From: a virus
Reading direction: 5' to 3' (one strand)
DNA length: 64,000 nt
IMG/VR virus record: IMGVR_UViG_3300015263_000597
Location: 13,688-77,687 of that record
The notes under the pieces were generated by a model. The model searched no databases. It was not told the origin of the DNA and saw only the letters and a list, made by a program, of their open reading frames with translations. The position numbers and the translations under genes are program-made. This document shows positions 53,101-62,919 of the stretch, one piece after another (positions within the stretch are counted from its first letter, which is position 1; every line of letters begins with the position of its first letter).

Positions 53101-53429
53101 CAGAAGAGCTGGCGCAGTCTACCGCAGAGAGTCAGCTAGCGGCTATCGAAGACAACACCCAGCAGGTCACGTCGTCAATTGCGTGGAACGCAGATCAGAC
53201 CACAGCAGCTATACAGGGGTTTGGTGCGGATGTGCGGCTGGCCACAGAGGGATCCTATGAAGCCTTGCGAATGGAAATGGAAATGCAACGCACAGTAATG
53301 CAACAGCAGATTACTCTATCAACGGCCGCTAATCAGTTCTTAGAGTCCATTGACACTCGCTTGTTAGACATGGTATTGTTACAACGCGGATCTGGAGCAG
53401 GGTTTACCTACACTGATAGGAGAGGATAG
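47136..53429 (+). CDS. Tape measure protein (TP901-like)
   Basis: 2097 aa, Ala-rich helical; TAAELAGI...AG.LGI.G..NL..FTE core. Confidence 0.93.
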   Translation: MADIITTSALKFEGFTEAERQIKQLIALKKDFEKPSTSRLRVSGGRGGLSPSGTPDVPDTRKLSLFGRVLKDLSGNTLQRFSARAGVSVSALEGISSAAGVSAGALTSVAAVVGPLVLVLSGLAAAVTATAAAYTFAASKAIEYQVATQSVAKTTDLVGNAFESTRQKLIDMSTDPQLGRTAAELAGITEVAGTLGIRGVDNLTIFTEAIARLNATSDVTGKEGTQQFGKFLAITQRAPAEALSLSSAITVLAAKYATTESAILRTSQEVAKGGISFNLAAEDALALAATYDEYGIQSELARSATLRLGQTIQSAVIAGGKDLEKLASIAGVSAGEMSDTFRRDAGDALLLLLKGFDRLGKQGQDVSAVLDDLGLSGVRLGAVIPTLASHTDRLADAMALAANESNNPSRIFAESANMADTTQRRFETLRNEVVALAIRVGDDLLPALDSMILTSSQILSVIESMKGVFGALGDTILTALAQKFAIVANEIQLVADVFQHGLFDALAGAGDLDRTAQQFSSFANELAKIDEAAKSGNLEKMMEVNAGLQSTIGEAAASAKRYKFRLDELLKATNNGADATKVQKAQIDGLRRAYQSANADATKYERASLGLREEIARLTNAKKDEEYQASITAAQAEKERQAREEARKEAEKYNKELEKLGKSITDSLRTPAEKAADEIAKLDELLAAGLITLDTWQRGVDRAKEPLNKLTKEVEAYNKAIADIAQVHQVTEVIQTFGVDTATATEAVKLSTDANIALADALDIVNRKRLELEAQEFAASGGFLGIPSDQEIERMSKGMDLWDIGTTRIQAYRKEVDKLNEQLDNEEITQQQYDNAMASLDGQMEGWEKLGARIAEIAENTGGVWGRVLKGISENLDKVGGALGDLSSIASQRGDMGNAQWIGAAQQAVQGNWGGAIAGAVQATGLGQQSVSQFGGLTSGNFMAEGAALGAKYGGAMGAVLGAAIGAFAKKGADDLHSHTVEMQGKADLIVTQAEGGLADIAGEIETAVEGYLNGLQDALFADLDLTGVEVHIREDRVRVISNGVEKVFHSLDEAFDFIVRGVMQANAGVEGLGEATRALFENASQFAKGAGDPERLMQAFGLAQRIDFEDTGVSQQVLKARQDEMSLAVDFGLPLAKLVELRQKEVRAAKDALQFSAASIVGISDVASSLRGLAEQSRVFNNTQLKAAEVDQKRIEELKALIAAQQEYSGSLFDSAEGADQRRGQLVQGLKEGRDSLEGYTHSQELANREIWQGARDLDSLTKELEALESAAGADLVDLDFIAEMINAGAAQAGVQMGEMILGFAEQGLLDLSEGEKLELRKQLFELEKIIAIAQMHAARMQLESLIALGQVGADVIEFFNGFVNSIPDLIGMITGAQFDPGKMASGGNRNRQAKEERRQEEEKRVQTLKDFAAVLDTLRLNASTATGTLGDLANRIADITSSAQEALEAGASVSDVRESQRLQLRDVRRQITDPFTSFGRDSFRDQAVDIEQRRRAAIEEARLVAQAMADSLGVPFEVVFDAMQQDINDGAARMKRALGLAVIDAFDLPIEQQRRANQELHKQLKDLEQARNDGTITQRRYLQLIDQISAAQEAAISSDVLGLMDTYYGEIEGKEELRRQMEIANFDLQLALARMRYDQLVTEGLLSQAAMDRVGGFLDFMENNPPDWEKFFAPPETTLGGSSGSMRGMSSAISSVSNGLDSLLTSINNFIDGFETADMGRFELMAHDYISSVEGFHESLENELDNMLDTGYRLGGHAQKAATDYLRQVTGDYSLVIGDLNQLTRDQLELLAGADLSNIAGFQEGVEEVFDVLLAIQNAEALKPEAIKNVLKEYKKVPEATSQLQSEFDTIMTDFEDVMTALQMLGATEADISQARMEHASQLLEFEKTALEDIRSVGKDIAGGQVFGNATARQRVQLAEQNLAELRARAVTGDLQAVEHLGAAMREVIESRKELTGGAGPEFTLALERIRLLSENFKLNIADVQTAEELAQSTAESQLAAIEDNTQQVTSSIAWNADQTTAAIQGFGADVRLATEGSYEALRMEMEMQRTVMQQQITLSTAANQFLESIDTRLLDMVLLQRGSGAGFTYTDRRG

Positions 53430-53432
53430 CAG

Positions 53433-55988
53433 ATGCCAATCTATTCGCTTTGGGTTTTTGAGACAGTAACGCCTGGTGGGGCCGGCACGTTACTAGTCTC
53501 TAACCACGCGTATCGCCCTACGTCAGGTCCGTACGCCTCACAGCCATTCATTCCACTATGGGAGATAAACTCCGCGATGGACTGGAGTACTCAGCTACAA
53601 GGCATGGCGGCGGGTAACGATGGCGTTGTGTTTACGTCCGGTATTGCTGACCGTGTGCCGCGTACTGTGACGTTGATTAATCCAGTTCTACATGAGGAAA
53701 CTACAGAGCGTGCGCTGGAGTACCTATTCCAGCCGGGGTATGGGATCAGCGGTAAAGCTACCCACTATATGGCGGAAGTAGAGGACTTCGACCCGCCGCC
53801 AGTGTGGGCGGATTTTGACATTGTATTCTCTGGCCGTGTTACAAAGCAACCTACGCCGGGCGTTACTGTTGAAATATTCGTAAGCTCATCGGGCAGTGCT
53901 ACGGACACGCCGTTACTTGACAAACGATACACTGGTGGTGGTACTGCGATACTGTTCGCTCCACAGAATTTAGCAATGCCCAGTCCTCCTGGTATCTGTG
54001 GCGGAGACTGGACTGTGCAGTTTGAAGGCGTGTCAGAAGGGCCGTCGAGATTGCGCATAGAGGACGCAGGTGGCAATGCGCTGTTGCATATCTATCGCAC
54101 GTTTGTCCCCAACACGTACAAGCTTGATATATACACCGGAGCTGGCACAGACACGTATGATATGAACACGTCGCCACCTGGCACTATATATGAAACGCAG
54201 CAGTCTACGATATCCTGGGACCAGACGGGCGGTAAAGTGCGCGTATGGAACGGCAAAGAGCTAGTGGTTGACACTGCGATAGTTAACCCTATGTCACTAA
54301 ATGCAGAGAGTGTGGCATATATAAACTGGACAGCGTTTCCTGACACTTTCCCGGAGGCATCGTATACACTACTGCGTATGTGGTCATCGGCTAAGTTTAC
54401 AGACGGAGTCGTCGATTACGACTTGCCTACTTATACTGATGTAGACATGGCCGTCGCGTACGAATTCGAAGACATCGACGGTTCTGAGGTTATTGCAGAC
54501 TCTACGCCAAACGGTTTGCATATCGATCTGACATCTTACAGTAATTACATCTGGCACGGAAGCCCTAATGCGTATGTTGGTGACTATGCTATATTTGAGG
54601 AGATATTGCCTGTAGTGTTCGGGGACGCTTGGCATGTACCTACTGTGATGATCAATGGCGACTTCAACGAGCGTGGGTTAGGCGCAGTCGTAACCGACGT
54701 GGTCGCAATGTATGCGAATGGCGCTCAGCTAGTACAGCCGGCTTCCCTGCTTGCTCGCAATCATGCAGGGTATGATAACACCGTTATTATCAACGCTGAC
54801 AATGGGCTAATAAGTCAGGATCCTAACAGTGCGCTTATAACCAAAGACCCCCATAGGGCGTTCTGTGTTAACCAACGTGTCGCTATATCTGGCGTAGGGA
54901 GCACATTTGCTGGTCAAACTCCTCGGACACGGCGAATCACACCAGATCCTACACACACGTTCAAACGCACAGGTGACGAAGACGACGTCTATTCAATTCG
55001 TGTAGAAGGGCTGTCTCCGAACACAGGGACATTTACGGAACTCACGCACATAGAGACGCCATTCGGAGATCAGGATTTCACATCGCGTAGTTCGGGGGTT
55101 CTAGATAACGTATACGGAGGAGACGGCGTAAGTGCCGTATTTCGTTTCTCGTACCCTGTACCGGAGCCAGTTACCGCAAACATGCAAGGTGATCCGACGA
55201 TACTTGCGGCATCTCCGCCTGTTGCCGAGTATGTATCTCCGTCGGTGGCCAGTAACGTAGTCACTCAGATGCTAACGCTGTATGGTCCTCGTCTGACTGG
55301 CTCAGAGTTCACTACGCCAGATTACAACTTCCTGCCGTATTACGTAGGGTACTATGTGCCAGATGACAGGACAACGGCACGTAAAGCAACCGATGACATA
55401 CTTTCGTCATGTCTGGCATGGCTAGAAGAAGACACTGATGGCGTGTTAGTTGCACGCAAGTACACGGCTCCGAATAACACCCCAGTGTTCACGTTCGACC
55501 AGGACACGGTGGTGTCCGTCACCAGGCTACAAAAGTTCGGTGCGCAGCGCGAAGAGGACAAGCCTACGGCACTGACCGTTGGCTTCCGCCGCTCTTACAC
55601 CAGTGTAGATAGCGCGTCACTTCCTGATATTGCCAGCTTTGCAGCTAGACAGTACTTGACGCAGGAGTATCGGACGCGTCCGGTAGGGACGCCTACGCCA
55701 GGAGTTGTATCTCCGCAGTTCAACACTCAGCTAAATTCCGCTGGTCAGGCGGTATCTATCGGTAAACAGGTGCTTGATCTAACGCGCGGAGAGGTTGTAG
55801 AGATAGTTATCAGGTATGGAGCAAAAGCCATGTTTACTGACTTCTACCTCGGTATGGAAGTCGCTGGCAGCCTTCCAGCTTTTGGTTACCCAACGCTGGG
55901 CAATAAGGGTGGAATAGTAGGTGGATACGAGCCTATCCCTTACCAAGGAATCGTCAAAGTAATCGTAGCCATCCCGGAGGTTTCGTAA
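53433..55988 (+). CDS. Tail tip / hub protein with LamG-like insertion
   Basis: After TMP; LPVVFG...VP, LRMWS...Y.FE..GS.VIADS motifs. Confidence 0.7.
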   Translation: MPIYSLWVFETVTPGGAGTLLVSNHAYRPTSGPYASQPFIPLWEINSAMDWSTQLQGMAAGNDGVVFTSGIADRVPRTVTLINPVLHEETTERALEYLFQPGYGISGKATHYMAEVEDFDPPPVWADFDIVFSGRVTKQPTPGVTVEIFVSSSGSATDTPLLDKRYTGGGTAILFAPQNLAMPSPPGICGGDWTVQFEGVSEGPSRLRIEDAGGNALLHIYRTFVPNTYKLDIYTGAGTDTYDMNTSPPGTIYETQQSTISWDQTGGKVRVWNGKELVVDTAIVNPMSLNAESVAYINWTAFPDTFPEASYTLLRMWSSAKFTDGVVDYDLPTYTDVDMAVAYEFEDIDGSEVIADSTPNGLHIDLTSYSNYIWHGSPNAYVGDYAIFEEILPVVFGDAWHVPTVMINGDFNERGLGAVVTDVVAMYANGAQLVQPASLLARNHAGYDNTVIINADNGLISQDPNSALITKDPHRAFCVNQRVAISGVGSTFAGQTPRTRRITPDPTHTFKRTGDEDDVYSIRVEGLSPNTGTFTELTHIETPFGDQDFTSRSSGVLDNVYGGDGVSAVFRFSYPVPEPVTANMQGDPTILAASPPVAEYVSPSVASNVVTQMLTLYGPRLTGSEFTTPDYNFLPYYVGYYVPDDRTTARKATDDILSSCLAWLEEDTDGVLVARKYTAPNNTPVFTFDQDTVVSVTRLQKFGAQREEDKPTALTVGFRRSYTSVDSASLPDIASFAARQYLTQEYRTRPVGTPTPGVVSPQFNTQLNSAGQAVSIGKQVLDLTRGEVVEIVIRYGAKAMFTDFYLGMEVAGSLPAFGYPTLGNKGGIVGGYEPIPYQGIVKVIVAIPEVS

Positions 55989-56860
55989 TGTTTGCAGCAG
56001 GCAAAAACTACATCTTGTCGTCGTCAGTTAGCTCTGCTCAAAGCTCTGACATAGCCAACGTAAAGAACAATCTGACAGGTAAGACGGCCCTGATTACACC
56101 TGTTTTTGGGGTACGTTGGGCGGCGACTATAGACATTGTATTACCTGAGCCTTTGCCTATATCTTGCATATCTGTGCACATGCACACAGCTCAGGAATAC
56201 GTTTCCCCTCCAGGAATAATTCGCTTTCGCAGGTTCTCTGATGCGGCTCTCAGTGTCCAGATAGACGCACTGGACGTACCCGCCGTCCCTATATACGGCG
56301 GTGAGAGCTTGATAGTGGATGAGCAAGAACGACACGAAACTCTAGGGATGTTCTTTGCGCCAAGTGCGCAGGTCGCGCCAAGTACAGAGCTTGTAGAGTC
56401 CATGCGCATCTCTATACTCGATCACCCAGACCCGTTAGAAGTCGGCATGATTGGACTGTACTCGCCTACAAACATCGTCGAAGGCCACATCGATGGCTCA
56501 ATAAATGCCATTAACATTCAGTCCCAGAATACAGCAAGGACAGAGATGTCCCATGACGGCGGAGTAGCATCGGTTCAGATGCAAGTCATACCTGATTTCA
56601 GTTGCAACGTCGTCGACCTTACGCCGTCTGAGGCTGCTACTCTGTTAGCTATCTCTGACGCTAAGAACCAGACGGCCCCGTTTTTTTGGGCGCCGTTACC
56701 CGACAAGTTTTCAAGAGGCGAAGTTTACAACAACCCCGAAGAAGCTGGCGGCATCGTGCGGTTGACGTCACCTGTCAAAGCCACACTAGCCACCGTCCAC
56801 AACGCAACGACTGATGACGTATACCATTGCAAGCCCTTCAACCTCCGGAGGTGGATATAA
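55988..56860 (+). CDS. Tail protein (distal-tail-like)
   Basis: Synteny; PFFWAP. Confidence 0.55.
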   Translation: MFAAGKNYILSSSVSSAQSSDIANVKNNLTGKTALITPVFGVRWAATIDIVLPEPLPISCISVHMHTAQEYVSPPGIIRFRRFSDAALSVQIDALDVPAVPIYGGESLIVDEQERHETLGMFFAPSAQVAPSTELVESMRISILDHPDPLEVGMIGLYSPTNIVEGHIDGSINAINIQSQNTARTEMSHDGGVASVQMQVIPDFSCNVVDLTPSEAATLLAISDAKNQTAPFFWAPLPDKFSRGEVYNNPEEAGGIVRLTSPVKATLATVHNATTDDVYHCKPFNLRRWI

Positions 56861-57894
56861 TGGCTAGCGAAAACTTAGGGAGCCTTATCAGCCTAACGTC
56901 GGGAGCTATCGAAGGCGCGTTTCTCGACGTCGCCGGACAACGCATTGTGCTTCTTACCGCAGATGGCAGCACGTTTGCTATGGCTGTACAGGTCACGCAG
57001 CTGGACTCTACAGGCGATATCAACGCTGCGGGCACGGTTACTGCTGATGTTCGTGTAGACAGTCCGTCGCATTTTGCAGAGGTCGGCGGGGTGTCACAAG
57101 AGTTCACGGAAAGTCAGCAACTGGCTGTCAGTGCTGACGCTACGTGGCGAGAGGCGCAACAAGACGGAGTAGGTAGGAGGAATGATTATCTAAACTCAAC
57201 TGTAGGAGCGAGCCCGACGTTTACCACCACCGAGGACGCACTGCGTTTCAGATACCATTTTAGCGATTACACACTGTACTGGGCTGATAACACTACAGCT
57301 ACGATAGGGGCCGCTGTTACCTGGCAGCCTGTCATGGATTTCGACTTCAGTTCTGCGGGACATTCGGTCGCATTCAACGCCGATATGTCTGTGGATAACT
57401 TAGCAGCAGCGGACATCACGTGTACTACGGTAGACGCTACTACGTCAGTTACTACTAACACGCTGCAACAGAATGCTTCTGGTACTCTCACGGATCACAA
57501 CAGCGACGGGGCACAGACTGTAGCCGGGTCTAGTATCGCTCGTCGAATATACCAAAACTTCAGCGTCACTACTGGAGCTATATACCACATCCGTGGTACC
57601 AACAGCAATGACGGCTACTTCAGATTCGACACTACAGATAGCGGCGGAACATTGCGATCTGGTACGCTTACGGTGGGTACAGGAACTAATAACTATGTAG
57701 GACTGCGTACCGGCGCGCCTACTTACCCCGTGCACGCAAACGGAGACACACGTATCACCGGGCACCTGCTTATAGACACTGTCGCGGTGGCATCTGCGCC
57801 CGATAACACCATCTTCAGGAACTCCGCAGACGGGAAGTTTTACATCAAGGCTGGCGGTGTAGCTAAGCTAATCGTCACGTCACCGGTACAGTAA
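56860..57894 (+). CDS. Tail fibre / receptor-binding protein
   Basis: Thr/Ser-rich beta repeats, YVGLRTGAPTYPVHANGD. Confidence 0.6.
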   Translation: MASENLGSLISLTSGAIEGAFLDVAGQRIVLLTADGSTFAMAVQVTQLDSTGDINAAGTVTADVRVDSPSHFAEVGGVSQEFTESQQLAVSADATWREAQQDGVGRRNDYLNSTVGASPTFTTTEDALRFRYHFSDYTLYWADNTTATIGAAVTWQPVMDFDFSSAGHSVAFNADMSVDNLAAADITCTTVDATTSVTTNTLQQNASGTLTDHNSDGAQTVAGSSIARRIYQNFSVTTGAIYHIRGTNSNDGYFRFDTTDSGGTLRSGTLTVGTGTNNYVGLRTGAPTYPVHANGDTRITGHLLIDTVAVASAPDNTIFRNSADGKFYIKAGGVAKLIVTSPVQ

Positions 57895-58192
57895 GGGAGA
57901 TAGCTAAATGCCTGCACAGTTCAAGGTAATTCTGGGTGCTGGGAACCCCACTCACACCCTTAACATCGGCACAGACGAAGAGGCGCTAGCGGCGATGCGT
58001 GACTACCTCGCGGGGGATCCAGCGTCGTACTTCAAGGCGGGAGCTGTGCTCAACACTGACGAAGCGCCACAAGCTACTGACTGGCTCACGGCACCTGACG
58101 CCTTAGTTGTCCAAGTGTTCACTGAGCGTCTGTTTGAGACAACCACTGCTCTGCGTAAACGTGGCTCAGGGCGACTGTAGAAGGAGAAAGAC

Positions 58193-59186
58193 ATGCGGAC
58201 AAGCACATGGGTGATGATTGCGGTATTCGCTGTTCTAGCAATTGCCGCATCGCCGAAAGGTAATAAGGCTAACTTCGTAGAGGAAGGGATAACGAGCGCA
58301 GTGCCAGTGGGTAACTACGTCGAGCTAGACGGACACTACAACTGCCTAGTCGGTGGCAGTTTTGACACCGCGTCGGTATCCGTCGAAGCCCTCGTGAATA
58401 CGCGTATAGGCACCCAAGTCGTCGCAGTTCCTGAGCTAGATGGTATAACCGAGCCGTCTGGGTGGGTGTATGTTAGGTATGCTCACGGGTATAAGTACAG
58501 GCTAGTAGCGTCTGGCGGAGCAGGTAACGTAAACGTGTGGTGGACATGTGGTAGGATAGGAGCCTGATATGATTACGAAAAGAAATATCGCGGCAACCTT
58601 GGTTCTCTCGTGCGCCATCGTTGTGCCGATCATCATCGCCCAGACAGGAGAGCCGAACTTTATCACTAAAGAAGAGGCGGCGGCTACGTACCTGGTGCCA
58701 AATGATCTGATTGTTCCCGGTGCCGATATCGGATCATACTCCCCTACCTGTGCGCCAATGATTGCGATAGACGCAGATCCAGGCATCGTTACGCATGTTA
58801 CAGGTCTTACAGACAATGTGAACCCTATTATCATCGGCACAAATCCGAGCGACCCGATAGGCAGTTCGGTCCTTGTAAACGATTCGTCACTGACCCCTGG
58901 TGCGAGGATTGAAATATCTGCCTCAGCTGTCGTGATTACAAACGTCAGCACTACAGCAGAGTTTCTGGTTACCATAGACGGCAAGGTGTCTAGCGCCACG
59001 TTTAGCCAGATGGTAAGTCCGTTCAGTGGCACAGCTGGACTTCGTAGATCTATCACGGTTACGAGCGCTATACGCAACGTCGCTAATGGGGCCGTTCTGC
59101 GAATTGCGTTCAGATCTACAGGCACGGCAGCCACGTTGCAGTTATGTAAAGCATCACTTGAGGTCAGCGTACAGCACGCGCAATAG
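58193..59186 (+). other. Two signal-peptide-bearing beta-sandwich-like CDSs (58193-58567, 58569-59186)
   Basis: MRTSTWVMIAVFAVLAIAAS and MITKRNIAATLVLSCAIVVPIIIA N-termini. Confidence 0.65.
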
Positions 59187-59215
59187 ACCCGTTGGATAGA
59201 TAGAGAGGAAGAGAG

Positions 59216-59740
59216 ATGGCTAATGGGGACAACAGCGAAAAAGTGTTCAGCGCTAGTGAGTTTCGAGTACTCAGGAAGATGCTGGACAAAGGAGAACCCG
59301 CCATGCCTACGTGTAACCACAACGATGAGACGAGTGTAACTATGCAGAGTAGCGGAACAGCGATAACGGCAATGGCGCAACGTCCGGGTTGGTGGGGGGT
59401 AGTAGGTATAGTTGTTCTCATTGTCATGCAAGCGGTTAATCCTAAGCTAGAGGCTATCGGAGATGGGGTTGACGATGTCAAAGCTGCGGTTACTACTCTG
59501 CAAGCTAGTGTGTCTTCTATTCAGGGTACGGTGAATAGACTGGAAGGCACGACGAACATGCATAGCTCAGCGCTTAATTCGCAGGCTGCGGATATAGAAA
59601 AGCTGAGTAAGGAGCTGGCATTTCAAGGTAGACTGCTAAGTAATGTGCGCGTGAACGTAGACACCTTGGAAGGTGTTATGGAGAATGTCTACGGGCAGAG
59701 GATAACACTCAAGCCAGAGCCGGTAAGAGAGGGTAACTGA
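59216..59740 (+). CDS. Single-TM coiled-coil protein (holin/spanin-like)
   Basis: WWGVVGIVVLIVM helix then heptad repeats; last gene of the late operon. Confidence 0.5.
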   Translation: MANGDNSEKVFSASEFRVLRKMLDKGEPAMPTCNHNDETSVTMQSSGTAITAMAQRPGWWGVVGIVVLIVMQAVNPKLEAIGDGVDDVKAAVTTLQASVSSIQGTVNRLEGTTNMHSSALNSQAADIEKLSKELAFQGRLLSNVRVNVDTLEGVMENVYGQRITLKPEPVREGN

Positions 59741-59842
59741 CCGTAACGAAAGGAGGACGGGATGCGACGCGAAGATGATGACGACGAAGCTGCTGTTGAT
59801 CCGAAACCAGGGCCGTAGGGTGGCCGGGTAGGATTGACGCTT

Positions 59843-59877
59843 GGCGCCGTTGGGGAAACCCAGCGGCGTTTTCATTT
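59843..59877 (+). terminator. Intrinsic terminator
   Basis: GGCGCCGTTGGG-GAAA-CCCAGCGGCGTT-TTCATTT. Confidence 0.8.
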
Positions 59878-59927
59878 GTGTGATTGTTGATAAAAGGATC
59901 TAGAGGTCTTAATGTCTTGATGTGCTG

Positions 59928-59973
59928 TTCAGATTTTTGGATCCAAGGGATTGGATTTGTTCAAATAGTTGGA
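59928..59973. promoter_or_regulatory. Triple-palindrome enhancer-like array E
   Basis: TTCAGATTTTTGGA / TCCAAGGGATTGGA / TTCAAATAGTTGGA. Confidence 0.8.
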
Positions 59974-60035
59974 TGGGGGAGTTCTGTATAAGGGAGATTT
60001 TTGCAGATTGGTGAGGAATGTGGTGGGGTTAGGGC

Positions 60036-60051
60036 TGGCACGCAGATTGCT
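60036..60051 (+). promoter_or_regulatory. sigma54 promoter
   Basis: TGGCACGCAGATTGCT upstream of ORF 60105-60284. Confidence 0.85.
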
Positions 60052-60104
60052 AAGTAGGGGAGCAGCTGGCAGGAATGAACCTGCGGCACAGCGGAGGTAA
60101 TCAC

Positions 60105-62622
60105 ATGTACGGCTGGATACTCGTAATAGACCACGGAGAGGTCAAAAGCGTTGCAGAAGCCGATTCTCCAGAACACCTGCGGGAGATGTTCGCGCAAGAA
60201 TGCAGAAACTATGGTCTTAGCGCCACTTTCCCTGTGGCAGCGGACGGCCAATGTTTCTGCATTCTTGCTCAACACTGCGATTAAGGAAAGGAGTGAAGCT
60301 GTGAAACATCTGCTCACTGAAACCATCGCATATCTACTTTGTCTGGCGCTGATCTGCGCAGTGCTCACTTGGCCTGTGCTACTGCTCGTCAACAAGGTGT
60401 TCTCGACTGAGTACCTGTTCTTCGTTTTTAGCGCCACACAGCTGGGATTCTGGCACATGTTCGCGCTGCTGATCTTAGCGTCGTTGGTAACATCAATGAC
60501 GTTCTGGCTGTTTGTTGTGTTCAAAAGCTAGAGTAGGGAGAGTACAGAATGAACCTCATACTCCCCGTCCTTACCTACGACGAAGTCAAGCAGCTAGACA
60601 CCGTTGGCCTACTTACCGGACTAGCCAGCGGCACTATTGATCGTAGCACCGCTGCTGGGTGGCTGGCAGAGAGACGGCTAAAGGAAGCTGGTATAGATCC
60701 GAATGAGCCAGTAGTTGATGGTGAGGATGACGAATGTCCGTTTTGAAAGGAGTGCTCATGACAGACCCTATACGCCCTTCGTGGCCTTACGTTCCGCTTC
60801 AACCACTACACGCTTTACACATCGGGGATAGTGCGTACACTGCACTGGTGCAAGCTGCTGACAATATCGAGTACCTTACTGCTACATCCGGTAAGCCCAG
60901 AGTAGAGGAACTAATCAACGCGTTAGGCGAGTATCTAGCAGATGAGCAGATTGAAGATAATAATAGCGCAATGACTACCGCGCTACGACAAATCGTGCGG
61001 GAGATGAAGAGATGAGTGCGAGTGTGAATGATGTACTTGAGGCTGTTCGTTTAGGGCTTGGGCCGCTTGGCAACGAGAGCAGAGCTAAGCATCTTGCGAT
61101 GCATCTGCGTCAGGTAGGTATCGAGTTCCCTGTGCCGATAGAGGAGGAAGACGAAATTATCCATATATCCGTTAGGCAGCGAGACGGCAGACCTGTCTAT
61201 GTCCGTATTGAGATGGACACTGGACGGAGCTGGGCCACAGCACTGCCTAGCCAAGAAGCGGCTGTAAATATCGCAGCACAGCTGCTCGTCGCGATACTTA
61301 GCGTAGAGGAGGCTAAAGATGAGTGAAACAAAGGTCATAATCACCACTGACGCCTGGACTGGTTGGCAGCGAGTAGCGCAGGACTTGAACATCAGCACGG
61401 ATCAACTGCTAACAATGCTCGGCAGGTGCCTAGATCTCGTCCATGAGGACAACGTTGTAGAAAGCGTTATCAAGGATTATGCAACCTTGGCGCTTGATGT
61501 TCTACGTGATGGGGCCAATAATGCGTAGACATGGGGAAGTGTACAATAGTCCAGACCCGTCTGAGCACCCTAGCTACACGGCTACTGTCTATGTAGGAAG
61601 CGCCAAACATACACAAGCGGTATCCAGGCTACAGCAGAGCGGCACACCGTTTGCTACTATTCCTACTGAGACAGGCAACTGCATCACGTTAGTAGTGTGG
61701 CTGCCGCCAGATACCCAGGTGATGTAGTGGGCATTGTAAAGGAGTGGCAATGAACCAAGAGGTGTTAGCCCTGCTAAAGGCTACAAACGACAGGTTTCCT
61801 GGGTGTGTGTACAACCTGTGGATGTATAACGTCATACATCCGGAGCATGCGATTTTTAAGTACGTGCCCACTGGGCACAATGTGATGATGGCAGACGTTG
61901 CTTCTGTGATGCTGAAACTACAGAAGGCAGGAATAGTGCGACCTGTAAAGTTCCAGCCATCGCACAGTAGAGCGGCTTTCCTTGGACTGGAATGCGAAGG
62001 AAGAAGTTTGTACATGAAAAAACAATACCGAGAGAAACCAGATGCGGGCTCGGCGGCCGACTGGACTTGGGAAGTGATCATGGACACTGACAAGTACGTT
62101 GCACACATGCAACGAGAAGGGATGATGTAAGGTGAGATACATACACGATGTTAAGGAACTCCCTATTACCCCTATGTACTGTGCAAGCCGTATCAAGAGA
62201 GTCAGCTCGGGCTCTACTAGATGGGCAGCGTTTAACCAAGACCTTGTAGGTGGATGTCAGTGCTCGTGGTCGTTTGATGTGCCACTTGGACATATCGCGA
62301 GCTGGAACGTGAGAACAGAGCGCGGTCTTATGCGTGTCAAAGACATAACTGGTAGAGAAAGCTCCGCCATGATCATGGAGCGCGGAGCAGTGTTCACCGA
62401 CGAAGAGATAACACAATGGAAGGAGAGCGCAAAGTGAGAAACCTTCAGATCGAAGACATCGTTTGTGAAGGGCGGCACCAAGCGGTAACCCCTAGCGAGT
62501 GGGACTTTGACTTCTACGACGAGTCCTATACACCGCGCGCTGAGGTGTTCAACGAAGACTTCGATGTGGCTGACAACTGGCCAACGGCTAGAAAGCGTGG
62601 TCAGCCATCACCCCAGCATTGA
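60105..62622 (+). other. Rightward array of small hypothetical CDSs
   Basis: Head-to-tail ORFs with GGAG RBSs, including a membrane protein at ~60301-60531. Confidence 0.65.
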
Positions 62623-62676
62623 CAATCTGCAACAGACCTGCTAGTATCCCCAGTGAGTGGCCGCTCAGAGGATACT

Positions 62677-62919
62677 ATGCAGAACGAAAACTTACGTACA
62701 TACGTGCAAGACTTGCTACACGACAGCGGGTTGTCACTAGCGCAGCTTGCACAGCTGACAGGGTTAGACAAAGGATGGTTGTGCAGAGCGATGAAGGGTA
62801 CAGGTAGCGTGAACATGAGCGCGCAGACGTTGGCGAAGTTGGCGGTAGTGGGGCTAGACCCGGCTGTAGCTATAGAGCACGCTGCGGCGGATAGTGATGA
62901 AAAGGAGAATGGGAAATGA
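62677..62919 (+). CDS. XRE-family HTH regulator
   Basis: SGLSLAQLAQLTGLDKGWL.R...G...MS.QTLAKLA. Confidence 0.8.
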   Translation: MQNENLRTYVQDLLHDSGLSLAQLAQLTGLDKGWLCRAMKGTGSVNMSAQTLAKLAVVGLDPAVAIEHAAADSDEKENGK

